From: Ruditapes philippinarum
Taxonomy: Eukaryota
Assembly: GCF_026571515.1 (NCBI RefSeq)
Contig: NW_026867216.1
Location: 1-64,000 of the forward strand
Length of the DNA stretch: 64,000 nucleotides
Direction: 5' to 3'
Below are positions 40,401 to 54,787 of this stretch, one piece after another. The notes below the pieces were generated by a model. It searched no databases and was not told the origin of the DNA. It saw only the letters and a program-made list of their open reading frames with translations. The stretch's first letter is position 1; the number at the start of each line of letters is the position of its first letter. The translations under genes and the position numbers were made by a program.

Positions 40401-43400
40401 AAATATTACTAAACGATTTATAGATTTAAAGAAGATTTTTTTTCAAGTCTACAAGTAAGGCTAAATTGCTTTATTTATGTTTCCCAAGTAAACTTATGCC
40501 ATTGCCCTCAGCATAAACATGTTGAGATTTAAGCACCATTCCTCCTACCAGCAGCATGTAAATATAGTCGTCTAGCTTTGCCCGTTGTAAAATATCAGCT
40601 TTAATTAAAGCATACAAACCAGCATATTACATAATTGTCTTGACTAGTCAACATTTAACAGTCTCAAACAAGCACCACCATAAATTTGACAAATGAACTC
40701 GAGCTAGAAAGTTGACATAATTCAATTAGAAATGTAGTTTTCCCCGTCTTATAAATGTTGGCATTAATTTTGTGTTGTCTTAATAAAGTTAACTTGTTGT
40801 AGATAGTAAAAGCAAGAAACAGCGCTTTCATCCTGTTTTTGTGCAAAGTTTTCAGAAATGGGTTTGATAATAAAACCGTTTTCGACATCAGTTTGTGCTT
40901 CTTTCTTTCTATAATTTGTCTATACTAGTCTTATATATATCCTATTTATTCCGTTTGTTTCATATTTATATCATATCATTTGAGTTTGAAGTTTTTATGC
41001 TAAAACAAGAGAAAAAAATTCTGAGGTTCAAGAATACAATTCATGTATGAAATTTGTATAATAACAGCGAAGCTATAGCCGTTAGGTGGTTCGTGATAGA
41101 TACATTAAATTAGTTTACCATAGTCAGTGTTTATTTAATACCCTTATACATTATATATATAAATTGAGGGTGCAGATATATCTTAACCCTTAATCTACTG
41201 AAATTGTGCTGTGGATTTGCCTAGCTTTGAATTTTGAACATTACGAGATTTCGATATCAAAATATAAAGACTTGGTAGTTACCAGCAGTAAGGAGCACGG
41301 TTGGACTGCAAGAATGTCCATGCTTGCCAGATTCTCTATAAGTGACATTGGCTAATTGCTTTCGAATCATTCAGGTTGAGCGTTTAAACAAGAATGTAGA
41401 TGTATGGTTTTGTGAAACAAATTTGTGTTTAGAGACAGAAATATCTAATGTAATTATAGTTGAAAACTGTCGATACCGTCACTTGGCTTTATGCCTTTTA
41501 CACATCGAACCGCTTTACAATTTGCTGTAACTTATTTCAACTAGGAACTCATTGTCTTTATTTCGCTAAAACTAATTCATTATTCACAAGAACCCAAATT
41601 ATTTTTCATATGTTATATCTACTTGAATACAATTGAGTTGATATTTAGTCTGCAAATATTGCACAATTGTCTTAAAGTAGCAGAAATAAACAATAATCAA
41701 TTGAAGGACCATTTGAATTAAAATGAAAACGAAAATATTATGTAATGTAATTAATTGGCAAAACATGTACAATACATGTATGATAAAAGGTGCATATGTA
41801 TATGTATATCAACATTAGCTTTATTTGTTTTGTTCGACGTGTTCTGTACTAAGATACTTCACACATTATTAGTGTCAAAGTCATTATAACATTTCTACAA
41901 GAGATACAAAGCCTAACAAACTCATCGGCTAGTGCCAATAAATCATTTGTTTTCACAAAACTGGTAAAAACATCATATCAACGGTCCTGGAAGCTTTTAA
42001 CTCAGTTATGATCGAGTTTATATCCCGAGATATTCGATTTGTTACTGTCGCGTGTGAAACTCCATCATTTTTATACATTTGTCACACTTTTTTACCGTTT
42101 CGGATAAACAACCAAATGAAAATATGAAATAGAGAATATGTTTATCATATTGTTAAATTAGTTAAAATGATGTCTCATTTACGCCATAATACTATTGATA
42201 AGAATAATGAGTTTTGACCGTGACTCTATGATTAACCATATTAAATTTGTTTTTCTTAGACTCATTAATTTGCTCAAAAAGATATTAGTTTTTTAGATTT
42301 TTTTTTTGCTTTCTACAGCTTTTATTGCACATCATTTATTATTCAACATATTCCAAACTGCTTTATTCATGTGATAAGCGGTATCTCTAACGAAGTCTGT
42401 CCATACCCATTGTCTGGTTTTAGCCCCTAATTCATCATTCAGCCGCCATCTCTTTCTCCAAGTTTCATTTGGTTTTCCTCCCTTTTCCCCTGCTGGTATC
42501 AACCTCATGGCAACTTAATGGATAACAGTGTATTCTTTTCGTAGTATATGACCAAACCAACGCTATCTTCAACGTTGGATATTTGGTTATGGGAGAAGTG
42601 TTGATCCGGTGATATGGAGGAGGTTTACAGTAGATATGGTGTTTGCCAGAATTTGGCAAAGGTATCTCTCTGGAAAATATGTAACTTGTTCCTGATAGAC
42701 ATAACTGCGATCGAGACAAGATCCTTAACTTTTGTTATTGGGAGGTCTTCTAGATATTCCTCAATGATGCAAAGTTTTTTCTTGCTTTAGATATCCGCGA
42801 CTGATGTTACCATCACTGGTTTCCTTACTGACATGGTGTACACATTTACTTTTATCTTCTATTGCACTGTTGATGCTGTGTCTTTGCATAAACGTTTAAC
42901 ATATTATAGTCACCCGGAAAAGTAAAAGTAAATCTAAGCTCTTTAGCAATTGACTAACATGTATAATTTTTATACTTATAACTTATATTTGTGTTAGATT
43001 TTACCTTCAAAGGCAGACATTGTTTGCATTAAGAGAAGTAAGAGCTACTGGGTGATGAACCTGATGAAGCCGTGAACATTTACTTACACATTCTGAAGAA
43101 TATTTAATGGCAGTGAAAACCATAAATAATCTGCCTGTATTATAATATATGTGTCTGTTTAGATTTATTTTATGTCGAATTATCACTAAATTTACTGTCA
43201 GACATTAAAAAACGTAGGATAGCAAAACAAATACAAAGAATCGATTCTCGAAAGTACATTATCTGTGCTGATGTCAGCTATACGACTGTTTCCTGAAGGT
43301 ACGTTTCTCCAACCAGTGAAAATTGTGTTTCAATTTGTCAAATAAAATCTCAACGTAAATAGCATTCCCTCATTCAGTAAACAATATTATTTCATTATAC

Positions 43401-46400
43401 ATATGTTCGTTTTAAGATACTTTTAAAATGTATTAGTTATACATAAGACTGTTTACTGACAAAATGAAAAAAATATTACAAAATTATGTGTATAGAATTA
43501 AATATTTGGAAATTATTCACATTCATTGATTTTAGGAAAACCTTTAAAAGAATGACAATGTCCATCACGCCCGTTTAACTCACAACGAGTGTAAAATGTC
43601 CATCGGTAAAATTGTTGTGAGCAACTTCCGTTCCTCGTTGTGAGCACCCATCTAGGACGTGTGACACGATAAACAAGGTGAGTTTTTCATAATTTTTGAA
43701 GATTAAAGACATTTATGAAAAAATATCGGAATGCAGTTAGCTAGCGATGTGTTTTCCGAGTATGCACATGTAAAGATATTGCCTGTTGGTGGACAATTTG
43801 ATGGAAATACCGTGCGACGCAGTCACTCGGGGTAGCTGGAAACCTGGAGACAACTTCTCTCCGGACCAAATTTAACATTGAAAACGTCGATTCTGGTGAA
43901 GTTTTGTGCATTCTAACCTAAAAACAGATGCCCACAAGTCTTCAGCGTAAATTATTACCTGAAAGTCTTCATAGAAACGAAGATATACCCTTTTTTGCTT
44001 TAATCCTCGTTGTGAGCACCATAACCTCGTTGTGAGCAAGACAAGGTCAAATTGTCCAAAAACATTTAAGATTGGCCATAATGTCCTTATATGAATCTGT
44101 TATTATGCGACTATCGTTTTTCGCGGATGATTACTTATTTAGTGTGTTGTAACTTTTAACACTACACAAGTATATTCTTAGCTTAATAGATAGTGGTAAA
44201 CAAAAAAAACCCTACATATTCCTACGATTTTTCAAATGTTTTGCTGTTTGTACAAATGGTGGTGAACTAATAAGGGGAGGTGAATTATGTATTTAATTGC
44301 ATATACTTCGTGTTGCCAGAGTTAACATCGAGGGCAGTCTGTGTGAAATAAACATGCATGTATTTATCCTGAGCTTCATTCATGTTAGACTGGCCAAGTT
44401 ATGTAGAAAAAGACGAAATATTGCAAAGAAAAACTATTGTGCAAAAACGTTTTGATTGCTTTTGGTAGATTGAAAATTGTATTCTCGCCATTTGAATTAC
44501 ATATTAAAACAAGACACGCACTGCGCTTGTCTTGCTCACAACGAGGTTATGGTGCTCACAGCGAGGATTAAAGCAAAAAGGGTATATCTTCGTTTCTATG
44601 AAGACTTTCAGATAATAATTTACGCTGAAGTCTTGTGGGCATCTGTTTTAGGTAAGAATGCACAAAACGTCACCAGAAATCGACGTTTTCAATGTTAAAT
44701 TTGGTCCGGAGAGAAGTTGTCTCCAGTTTTCCATCTACCCCGAGTGACTGCGTCGCACGGTATTTCCATCAAATTGTCCACCAACAGGCATTATCTTTAC
44801 ATGTGCATACTCGGAAAACACATCGCTAGCTAACTGCATTCTGATATTTTTACATAAATGTCTGTAATCTTCAAAAATTATGAAAAACTCACCTTGTTTA
44901 TCGTGTCAAACGTCATAGATGGGTGCTCACAACGAGGAACGGAAGTTGCTCACAACATTTTTACCGATGGACATTTTACACTCGTTGTGAGTTAAACGGG
45001 CGTGTCCATGCGTAAAATGGTTTTACGTAAACGTTGTGACCTTTAACTCTTCTTGTACCATCAACGATTCTGTTGGCCTGCTAATGCATGCAGACTGTTC
45101 TACAAAAAATGGAAAGATGAGGTTACCGAAAAGTTCGTTAATTAGATAATATCTATAATTTAAAAAAAAATTGTAATTTTCTGTTCATACATCAGCCTGT
45201 ATGAATTGATTAAACTATTAACAAACATACAGTTATCATTAAGTTTATTCAAAATGTGATTTCATTTGCAATTTATATCAAGGCTCTTGTGTTGAAATTG
45301 ACATATTATTATATACAAAATGGATAAATATGTATCAGACAATACATAGATTAAATTGAAAATCGAGTGTTTGCGCAATTGTAGTTGAATTTAAGTTAAT
45401 ACGCCTTAACGTGGGCCAATTTACACAGTTAAAGGATTATTTTTGAAAAATATATAGTGAACCAATGATCGGCAATTTTAAAGACACGTTTTCGGTCCGC
45501 ATCTACAATAAACTGTAAACAAGTCTAATGAAACAATTCGAGTGTTTTCATATTAAAAACACCCGAGTAAAGTCCCTTTAACAATTGTTGAAAATACGTC
45601 AGTGAAAAAGTGCTAAAGAAAGATAAACTGCTGTAATGGATGTGAATTGACGGAAACAATTTTATTGACTGTTTGCCATACCCTGTCAAACTTTTATGTA
45701 ATAAATGTTCTTAGAAGGACATCTTTATGCCTGTATTCCCGAAACACAAGGAATTCTCAGAAGATGACATGGTTAATAACGCAAATATTGTAAAAGTGTA
45801 TGGGAGAAACGGATATTATAAACGAATTCAGATAAAAGAGCAATACGTAGTCATAATTGATGAGTTATATTCTATTCATTATATATAAGATCTTATGTCG
45901 GCCATATGTTTCGTTTATATATCTACTTGTATTTGTCACTTCCGGATAAATTGGTAATAACTGGTTAGCCTCATCGAACTACTATAATTTGTTAAAATTT
46001 GCATAAAAACAAATCAATCAAGTAAATGCTGAAGTACCCAAACTTGAACATATTGTTGTTTTGTAAAAAACATAAGTTCCAAATACAAACAAAATCTATA
46101 TTTTTATTAAAGTTCTTGTATGGGGGCGGGGTGTGTGATACTGATGGTGGGCTGAGCAAATGTCAAATGTCAAATTTACTTAACTTACTTTATAACTTTA
46201 AGCTATTTCCTTCAGATCCACAATAAATGGAGTAAAGAACTTTCCGACGCTGTTGTTTTAATTACTCCGTGTAGTAACCTAATTAGGCCACTGTTCGCAT
46301 TCTTGTATTAATGAGTTTTCTAAATTCTAAATATAGCATTGTGACTTCCTGCTTTTTAATGATTTTAATAAAAACATATGGACCCCTTCATTTTGATATA

Positions 46401-49400
46401 AGCAGTTAAAGAACTTGCGTAATAAATTTTGATTAAGATTCTTTTACAGTTTATTTGATCCTAATGACAATCAACAAGACAAAGCCACATTTTCAGCAAA
46501 TTTAGGGGAATTTTTGTTGGCCTATAATTGAATTAACAAGCTTTGATATTATTATACATTCCTCAATCAAACAACTACAACGCCAGCTGTCTAAAGAAGT
46601 TCAAACATTGCTTCTAACTAACAAAACGAAAATAGAGAAACGGGAAGCATTGAACATACTTCCAGACCGCTAATCACCGACTTCGATCGCATAGCACTGT
46701 CTTTGATCGCCCAGCATTGGTGTAAACCAAATTCAAAATGGAATATTGTAAAGATATTAGAGTTAAGAAATGCATTTTATCAACAAATTGTAAAATTTTT
46801 AACTATCACAATCAGTACCAATCTCCGTATGTTATATCCGGAAATACTGCAAAGGTCTTTATTGCTATCTTGCTTAAAGAATTTAGTAGTCTTACATAAA
46901 GCTAAAATATTTTTAAAAAACTGAACATGTCCTTAAAGGAAATTATCAGTTTGTTAAAAACAGTCAAAATTAGGCGCCATGGTTGCTAGATTATACATAT
47001 ATATGTCCAGTAATGATAAGGAATTATAGAAGGTCGTCTATCTTGGCAAAATGAAGAAGTTACAGGTTCGTTTAATTGAGTCTGTTCCTTGACGGCAATG
47101 GTAAATGCAAGCCCGTCCCAATGCACTTTTTAATAAGAGTGTCATTTCGTGTCATTAAGAATTAAGAATCATCAGCAAATTTGTTCATACCTTGAGATAC
47201 TCGTGATATGAGGTCCTTCTAGATGTATACATAATTGTTATAAATCTATGCTGTATATAAATTCATTTAAACATATTATATATGTTTTAAAAGATGATAA
47301 GAAATATTCACAATTGCCACCGAACGTAGAATGTTTTCACCAGTATTAATATATAAACTTTGGAAGAAAGGTAATTAAATAAAAATGATGGTTTCTGTTT
47401 TATTGCAGCATATTGTTGTGCAGACTTTAACAAATTTGTGAACAATCAAACAACAATAACTACACATTTTATTGAGATGAATACACTCTTAATTGAATTC
47501 ATGAAAACAAAATAAAAGCAAACTGTATTTTCTTCTGTAGTAGTTTTTAATATTGGTGACATTGTAGCGGTGTCATTCTTATATTTTCCATCAAATCGAC
47601 AGAAAATTTTACAAATATCAGGAATTTAAATTGGCAATCTATAAGAATGATGCGACGTTTCTTATCTTGCTGTCTCCATTTGTGTCAAAATAAAATTGAG
47701 ATATGGCTTCAGCTTATAAAGTTTGTCTAAAAATAATAACAACTTCATTTGGTGAACCGCTATATCATCTATCATTTCTATAACAAATGGCTTAAATAAA
47801 AGAAAATTAAAACAATCTTTGATTTAAGTTAATTTTCAGTCAAATAAATTGTCAAAACATGCTCATTTTAAGTTACAGGGCATTTTATATGTGATGATAA
47901 GAGTTCGAGCCAAGACTTTATTTCGCCATTTATAATTGATAAGACTGGAAGATTTTATGGCACTATATATAATACGTGTGTACTTATATAAGAATGCATG
48001 TTTGTAGATTGGAATTCCTTAACGCTTATATATATTGCCAGTAAGCGGTATGGTATTAGATTTCCAACCTGAAAGAGGAAAACTCCAAAGTTTAAAAACC
48101 GAATATATATGTATATGCCGTACATTGAAAAATTTTATAGCAGTAACTTTACACAGATAATTTGTCTTATTATTATACAAACACTATATTTCTTTAACAG
48201 AAAAATAAACCTATTAAAAATTAAGATTTTTTTTTGTACAAAAAGAATACATTGAACAACATGTTTTACTTTATTGTTTTTATGTTTTTTAAAATGCATA
48301 AAACTCTTGTTCAATCTTTATATTCTAAAACTGTTCTGTTTCCACTTATAAGCAAAGACAAAATAATATCTACTTACATAATCATGTTTTTTTTTAAGTT
48401 TAGGTAATTTTACATATTTATGAGAGAAAAAAAATGTTTACTAAACTACTCAATTAAATATCATAAATATTATAAAAATATATTTTCAAAGAAATGAAAA
48501 CTTTATTTAAGTAAATAATTTTATTTAAGTAAATGGAAATATGTATTTTAATGTTTATAGACAGGACCGACTTATTGCTGATTGTAATATATTCCGACAA
48601 TAAGTTTGAATCATAATGCGTTCAATCAAACATAACAGTTTAATGGAAACAATTTTGAAATGATAATAATCATTTCAAGTCATTTCTATTTACGATATTG
48701 AAATTTTACAAGATATATTCATAACGATATAAAATAACATGTCGTATCGTTCTATTATAACATTTTCATCTCAATAAAACTAACAATGTTTAGTATGGCC
48801 ATATATATGTCCTGGAGATAGCATGCAATAAATGTAAATTGAATCAAAGAGTTCTCCCTGCCAATGGTAATTCACTTGCTGTAAGCAATGAAAATCATAA
48901 CTCGATTTTCCATCAGCTGATTTCGTGAATAGTTTGCAATAGAGTTTAATGGATTTAATTTAGGTCCATACTTGTATAATTGGTGTTTGAGGTAGAGAAG
49001 GGAAATGAAATTATTGTCAATGTGACGGGCGATATGTTTGACAGGAGAGGACAAATACAATCTCATTCTATGTAATTACATGATACGGGAAGAAAATCGC
49101 GTTTGACTAGATGTCAGTTGAGGTACATAAGACCTAAAAGATAGGAATACAAGTGTTAAAAGATAATTATATGTAGCAGAGTATTTTTTGCCTACCAGGC
49201 GAAGAAAAAAACCCACTGTGATGGAACAACATTGAATAGCAATACAGCATATCTCATTCTTAAAAATGCATTACGTCTTATCCTACTTTTTTTAAATGTA
49301 CAAATTTTCTTATTAAATACCTATCTAAATGTTGCATTGTCTGCTATAATATAAAACCATTTTTCTCACCTTGTGGTATGCAAAATGCACTTTAACATTA

Positions 49401-52400
49401 TACAGGGTATGCAATAAAGTAATAAATGGGCCTCTACTAGCATTAACCCTTTCGTATTCTATTGTGAAGAAAATGATTTAAATTACTTTCTTCTATAATT
49501 ACAAAGTATGTTGCAATATTTTACAGGTCTTTATATCAAGCCGTTCAAAGTATTATCTTGTAAACGTATGGTAAAAACAAATCGGATTTAATTTCGCATT
49601 TATTTGAAATCAACCTATCATATGCTTTTATTTTTTTCAACTTCTCACAATGTACATAATTGAGCCGCGTCACGACAAAACCAACATAGTGCGTTTGTGA
49701 CCAGCATGGATCCAGACCAGCCTGCGCATCCGCGCAGTCTGATCAGGATCCATGCTGTTCGCTTACAAACCCTATAGCAAGTAGAGAAAATGATAGCGAA
49801 CAGCATGGATCCTGATCAGACTGCGCGGATGCGCAGGCTGGTCTGGATCCATGCTGGTCGCAAACGCACTATGTTGGTTTTGTCATGACGCGGCTCATTT
49901 GTTAAAGAATGATTCTGTCAGGTGAAAAATAGAAATACAACGTATAATCCCCCCAAACAAGTGAATACAAATTTATCACATACCCATGCCGCTTTTGCGA
50001 CTCCGTAACAATGGTATTAAACGGCCGTGCATATTTTTTGACGTGGCATCTTTTTCAATATAATAAACATATAGTTAAGACGAGCTTAATGTTAGCGTTA
50101 TACTATAAGCATGCAAATAAAAAATGGTCCTTTTTCACTTCAAACGATCTTAAGTTTTGGTATGTGATAAATAGAATGTTAAATTCGTGTAAGTTCATTT
50201 AAAAAGTTATTAAACTCGTTGAATAAAATAATAGAGGCTCGCATTTATAAACTCGTTCAATAAATTAATGCTTAAACTTAAAATCATTTAATATCCTCAT
50301 TTTATTTTATAAAATGTCCACTGTTTGTACATAGATATAAAAAGGAAAATTAATATTAACAGATTTAAATCTCTAAATAACACGCTAAATATTCATCTTT
50401 CAACTTTAAGAATGATGCTATTTATCTTTTCGAAATTGGACTTAACCATTCATCATTTGTAGAGAATATCAGACATGACTGAAAAGTGGTGGTCTAGTGG
50501 TTAAGGTGTCTACCTCTCAACCCAGAGATCATGGGTTCAAGCCCTAATCGGGTCACGGCCATGTTTCTTCATATGACACCAGTACTGGTTGGTTCCAGGA
50601 AGCAGTCTCGAAAGTGATTAATTTAAGTCGCAAGAACTTGTTTCGCAATCGAGCTTAAATAAATATGTTTAAACCAATTAAAAGCGTGCATTACAAAGCA
50701 TGATCAGATGACATGAGTTTGTCGAATTATCTCGAATTATCTTGTTCTGCACTGATCGCGCGGGTAATTCATGTTGCCTCTAGCAGTGTACTGTAAAGGT
50801 TATAAGAAACAAATGAAAGAGAAACTATTAAAAATACACAAAACCAAATTAAAGACACGTTTTCAAAATAACTCAACAAATGTATGTCTGATGCATTGCA
50901 GTTAATATATTTCAGAAATTAATTGTATGTTAACAATTTCATTTACTTATAAGTATTTTGTTAATAACATACATGTTTTCAAATAAAAAGTTGGTCAGTT
51001 ACACTATTGTTATAATTGCATAAACTCAAGCGTCAATGTTACTGTTCTGAAATCACTATTGTATGAACTGATCAGAAAATGCTTTACAAAATAAACCTTT
51101 TCAGTATTTAAAATATTATTACTTTTGGTTAGAGTTGGTCCTAAGTTCCTTACATTATACATTTTTAGTTAATAAAGTTTCTGATTCTAACATGTCTTAT
51201 TCTGGCTCGACCATTGGGAATCTCATTTTACTATTTTCTCTGATAATCAGTACAGTGTACTGTTGAATATAAATGATTAAAATGAAGATGAAAATGAAGT
51301 GACTGAAAAATACATGAAACTGCATTAGCATCTGCCATCATGTATTCATACACGCATGCGGAATACCTATTCTTCTGATATCTAATTTCTGGTGTTATTA
51401 TTATTTTACCATGTAACGATGTACCATTACACTCAGCACACAACTAAACATATTCTTCTTGAAGCTGAAATGAAGGTTAGCGTGTTTATTTTATTTAATT
51501 TTATAAAATACTTATTTTTTCACACTTCAATCAACAAGATTTAAAATTGTTTTGATCAAAACTAGACTTAGTTTGTCCACCATTGTATAGCATTCATTGT
51601 TTAAAGTTAGCTCTTTAGATTTTGGCGAAGACACTGTCAACGTATAACATATGAAAATATTACATATTCTTTTACTTCAATTTGAGAATTTTATCCAAAA
51701 CAAATGTAGTGTTTGAAAAATGTTATAATACTTTTAAGATTTTTCTTATTCTTTTCCATGCAAAGATAGGAGCTAAATATTGTTTTCAAATAGTAGTGGT
51801 ATTCTTAAAAAGCCCTTTTTCAAATTCTAAATGCCCTAGGAAATCTTGTCCGTTCTTTTTTCTATTTACCGCATCTAATAAATCGTTACCCGTCACTTTT
51901 TACTTGTCCGGTACTTTTTTTACATTCAAAATAAGCTATTTATTAGAATGACACAACGTCTCGTTCCCGGCAGGCCCCATTTGTGTCAAATTAAAATTGA
52001 GATATGATTGCATCTGTAACTTTATTTCGCAAACAATATAGAGGGCTTCATTTCAGAACGGCAGTCCCAATATCGTAAATCATAAAATGATTGAGTAAAT
52101 TAAATAGAAGTCATTCTTTGAATGTTTTAATGTATTGAATCAAATGGATGCCAGTATAATGGCTCGTTCAGCAAAATATGATTAGTTTTTATATGTGATT
52201 CATTCCACAGTATCAAAGCCATAAGAAAAATTTGGAGTAACAAAACTATGAGAAATTCACGAGGACAATAATGATATAGTAAAAAATTAAATAAATCAAA
52301 CGATATATCGATAAAGATATAATTATAAAAGTATGAAAATTAATAATGAAAACTGCACTGTCTTCTACCTTTTCCCTTATATATAGCCGTGCTTGAAAAG

Positions 52401-54740
52401 AAGTAAATTCGAATCATTCGCAAACAAACTATAACTTGTATGTCAGCTCTTTGTGTTCAGAAATTTCAGACAGACATTCATCTTTCTTGTGTATAAAATA
52501 CTGATATATGGCAAAATATTGTTGAAATACAATTATTTGTTGTGTTATAAAACGACTAGCAAATTACCAGAGACAAGTTTATCTCACAAAATACATTTAT
52601 TTTCTCTCATATTCAGATAATCACATTATATATTAGGCATATTGGTGTAACCATTCTGGAAGCAAAATATTCAATGTTATTAAATGTGTCAATGAACGCG
52701 GTGACATCGGATATGTTATATATCTACCCCTATCTCACCTGCATTATATCACTGCATGAATACAGCCAATTAAGATCACTTTAATTAATCGCAAATTTAA
52801 CATACCTAGTTGTATGCATTGATTCGGTATCATAGTGTTATACAACAGAAAGTCGATGCTGAGATCTAGATATGAAAATAGGTGACACATTTGTTGCAAT
52901 AATTGATGGTTGATTGTGATGATTACCTATTAACATACACAAAGTAAAGTTCCCAAAACGAAGTGTCATGCTACATACTATATTGCGGTATTAATTGCAT
53001 TTAGAACTTTATTGAAATATATTTTTTGATGTTTAAACATATGTATTTAAGATATATTTTGATGCACAGTACTAGCATTTGAATCATTTTCGAGTCCATT
53101 TTTTTCATGGGACTAACAAGTACTTGTGTTTTTAGGGAATATGGTCGTTGCAACAGATGAGATGGAACCCACACTCACTGTGTTGCGAGGTTTGACAATA
53201 ACAACTTGGCTCCCTCTCCCTAATGATTTCAGTATTTCATCAAGGTCAAATTTGAAACAAAGCATGTGCACGTATCTAGTACATGAGTAAGCTTTACAAT
53301 ATGTAAAACCTTGATAACAGGTAATGACTCTTTGATTCGGAAATAATTTATTAATTTAGCGTTCGTGATAGTTTGCAGCATAATCATCAACTTTATCTTT
53401 ACTCTATAAGACTATAATTGTGGATTGTCTACTAAATTATTTAAAGTAACCCACATGTACTTTTTGGTTATTCTAACGTTATGAATAAAAGATGCTACCT
53501 CATCTACGTTTTCTAAAATTACTTTACAAAAATAATCAGCAGAAAGACAACTAGTGTACTTGAACTTTTCACAGTAATCAAAGTGTTAAATACGGAAATA
53601 AATGTTCTGTTGAAATTGCGGGAATATATTACAATTTTAATTTTTCGTTCCAATATAACAATAGATCAATATACAGTATTTCTTTTTTAATATTGTTATG
53701 TTACATTATATGTTTTTTCATTAAATTCGCTTAAAAACAGATATACACGTGCACTACCATGATAAATAAAGTTCAGAAAAGTAAGATACTTAAGGGCAGT
53801 GAAAACTGCAGACTTGTTTTGAATTAAGAGATAAATGAAAAGTGCAACATCTCTCACGCCCCAAAGCACCGGCTTGAACGGTATTAAATTTTTGAACACT
53901 CAATGTTTTGATGCATTGATCCCGAATAACCAAGAACATATAACATGGCTTCACAACCTGTGCATTTTCTAAGAAATAGAGAAAACATTGTTATGAAATT
54001 TATAGCCGAACGTATATCTACATGTCTAAAAATGCAGAGAGACGGTGACAGACAGACTGCTATTAATGTTTCGTCTAAAAACAAAAATATATCGGGGAGA
54101 TAATTGAAAATCGTCCGTTCTCTATCTAAATTGACAGTTTTCAATTAGAATGATATATGTTACAACTTTGTAGAACATATGTCATACTTATGGAGAAAAC
54201 AAATGTAACACAGTTTATGACACCCAAAGGGGATTTGATATCTTGTACAAGCAGTCTGAAAGATTTGTTCACGAACATTTTGCTAGTCATGATTACGTAC
54301 AATAACAAACATTTTGGAAGGAACTATAGTAAAATGATGTTTACTCAAGAGTTTTTAAAAAACGAAAGAAAACTTGTAGCACTATTTCTTTTCTCAAAAT
54401 AATTTACACGGTTAATTTCAGCTCAATGTTTTACTTTTGAATATACAATTTACAATATGGGCCTTAATTTGTGTTATATACATTTAAAGCGTATGTTTCT
54501 TTTAGTAATTTAGATGTTGGCCACAATAAAAAGGCACTTTTTACTGAACATGATATCAAAATGTTATAAGGCGCTTGTTAATACAAACAAACCTTTTTTC
54601 AAAATGTATGATTTTTGAAATAGTTCAATATATCTTATGATTCGAAAATGATTAATATGTTTTGTTATTATGACACAGTGTGTTTATCGGTTACCTGACA
54701 AATGAATATATCATCATCATCATCATCATCAATGAAACTA

Positions 54741-54787
<47 letters not shown>

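Noticed and set aside
43005-43029. Short ATG-donor units (MQTMSAFE here, MIRET near 37657) as further first exons
   Set aside because: Phase fits, but there is no hydrophobic leader and no convincing paralogy; expected by chance.
51410-51464. Exon-like 55-nt minus-strand segment in intron 1
   Set aside because: Has AG/GT boundaries but contains a stop in the phase required by exons 1 and 2.
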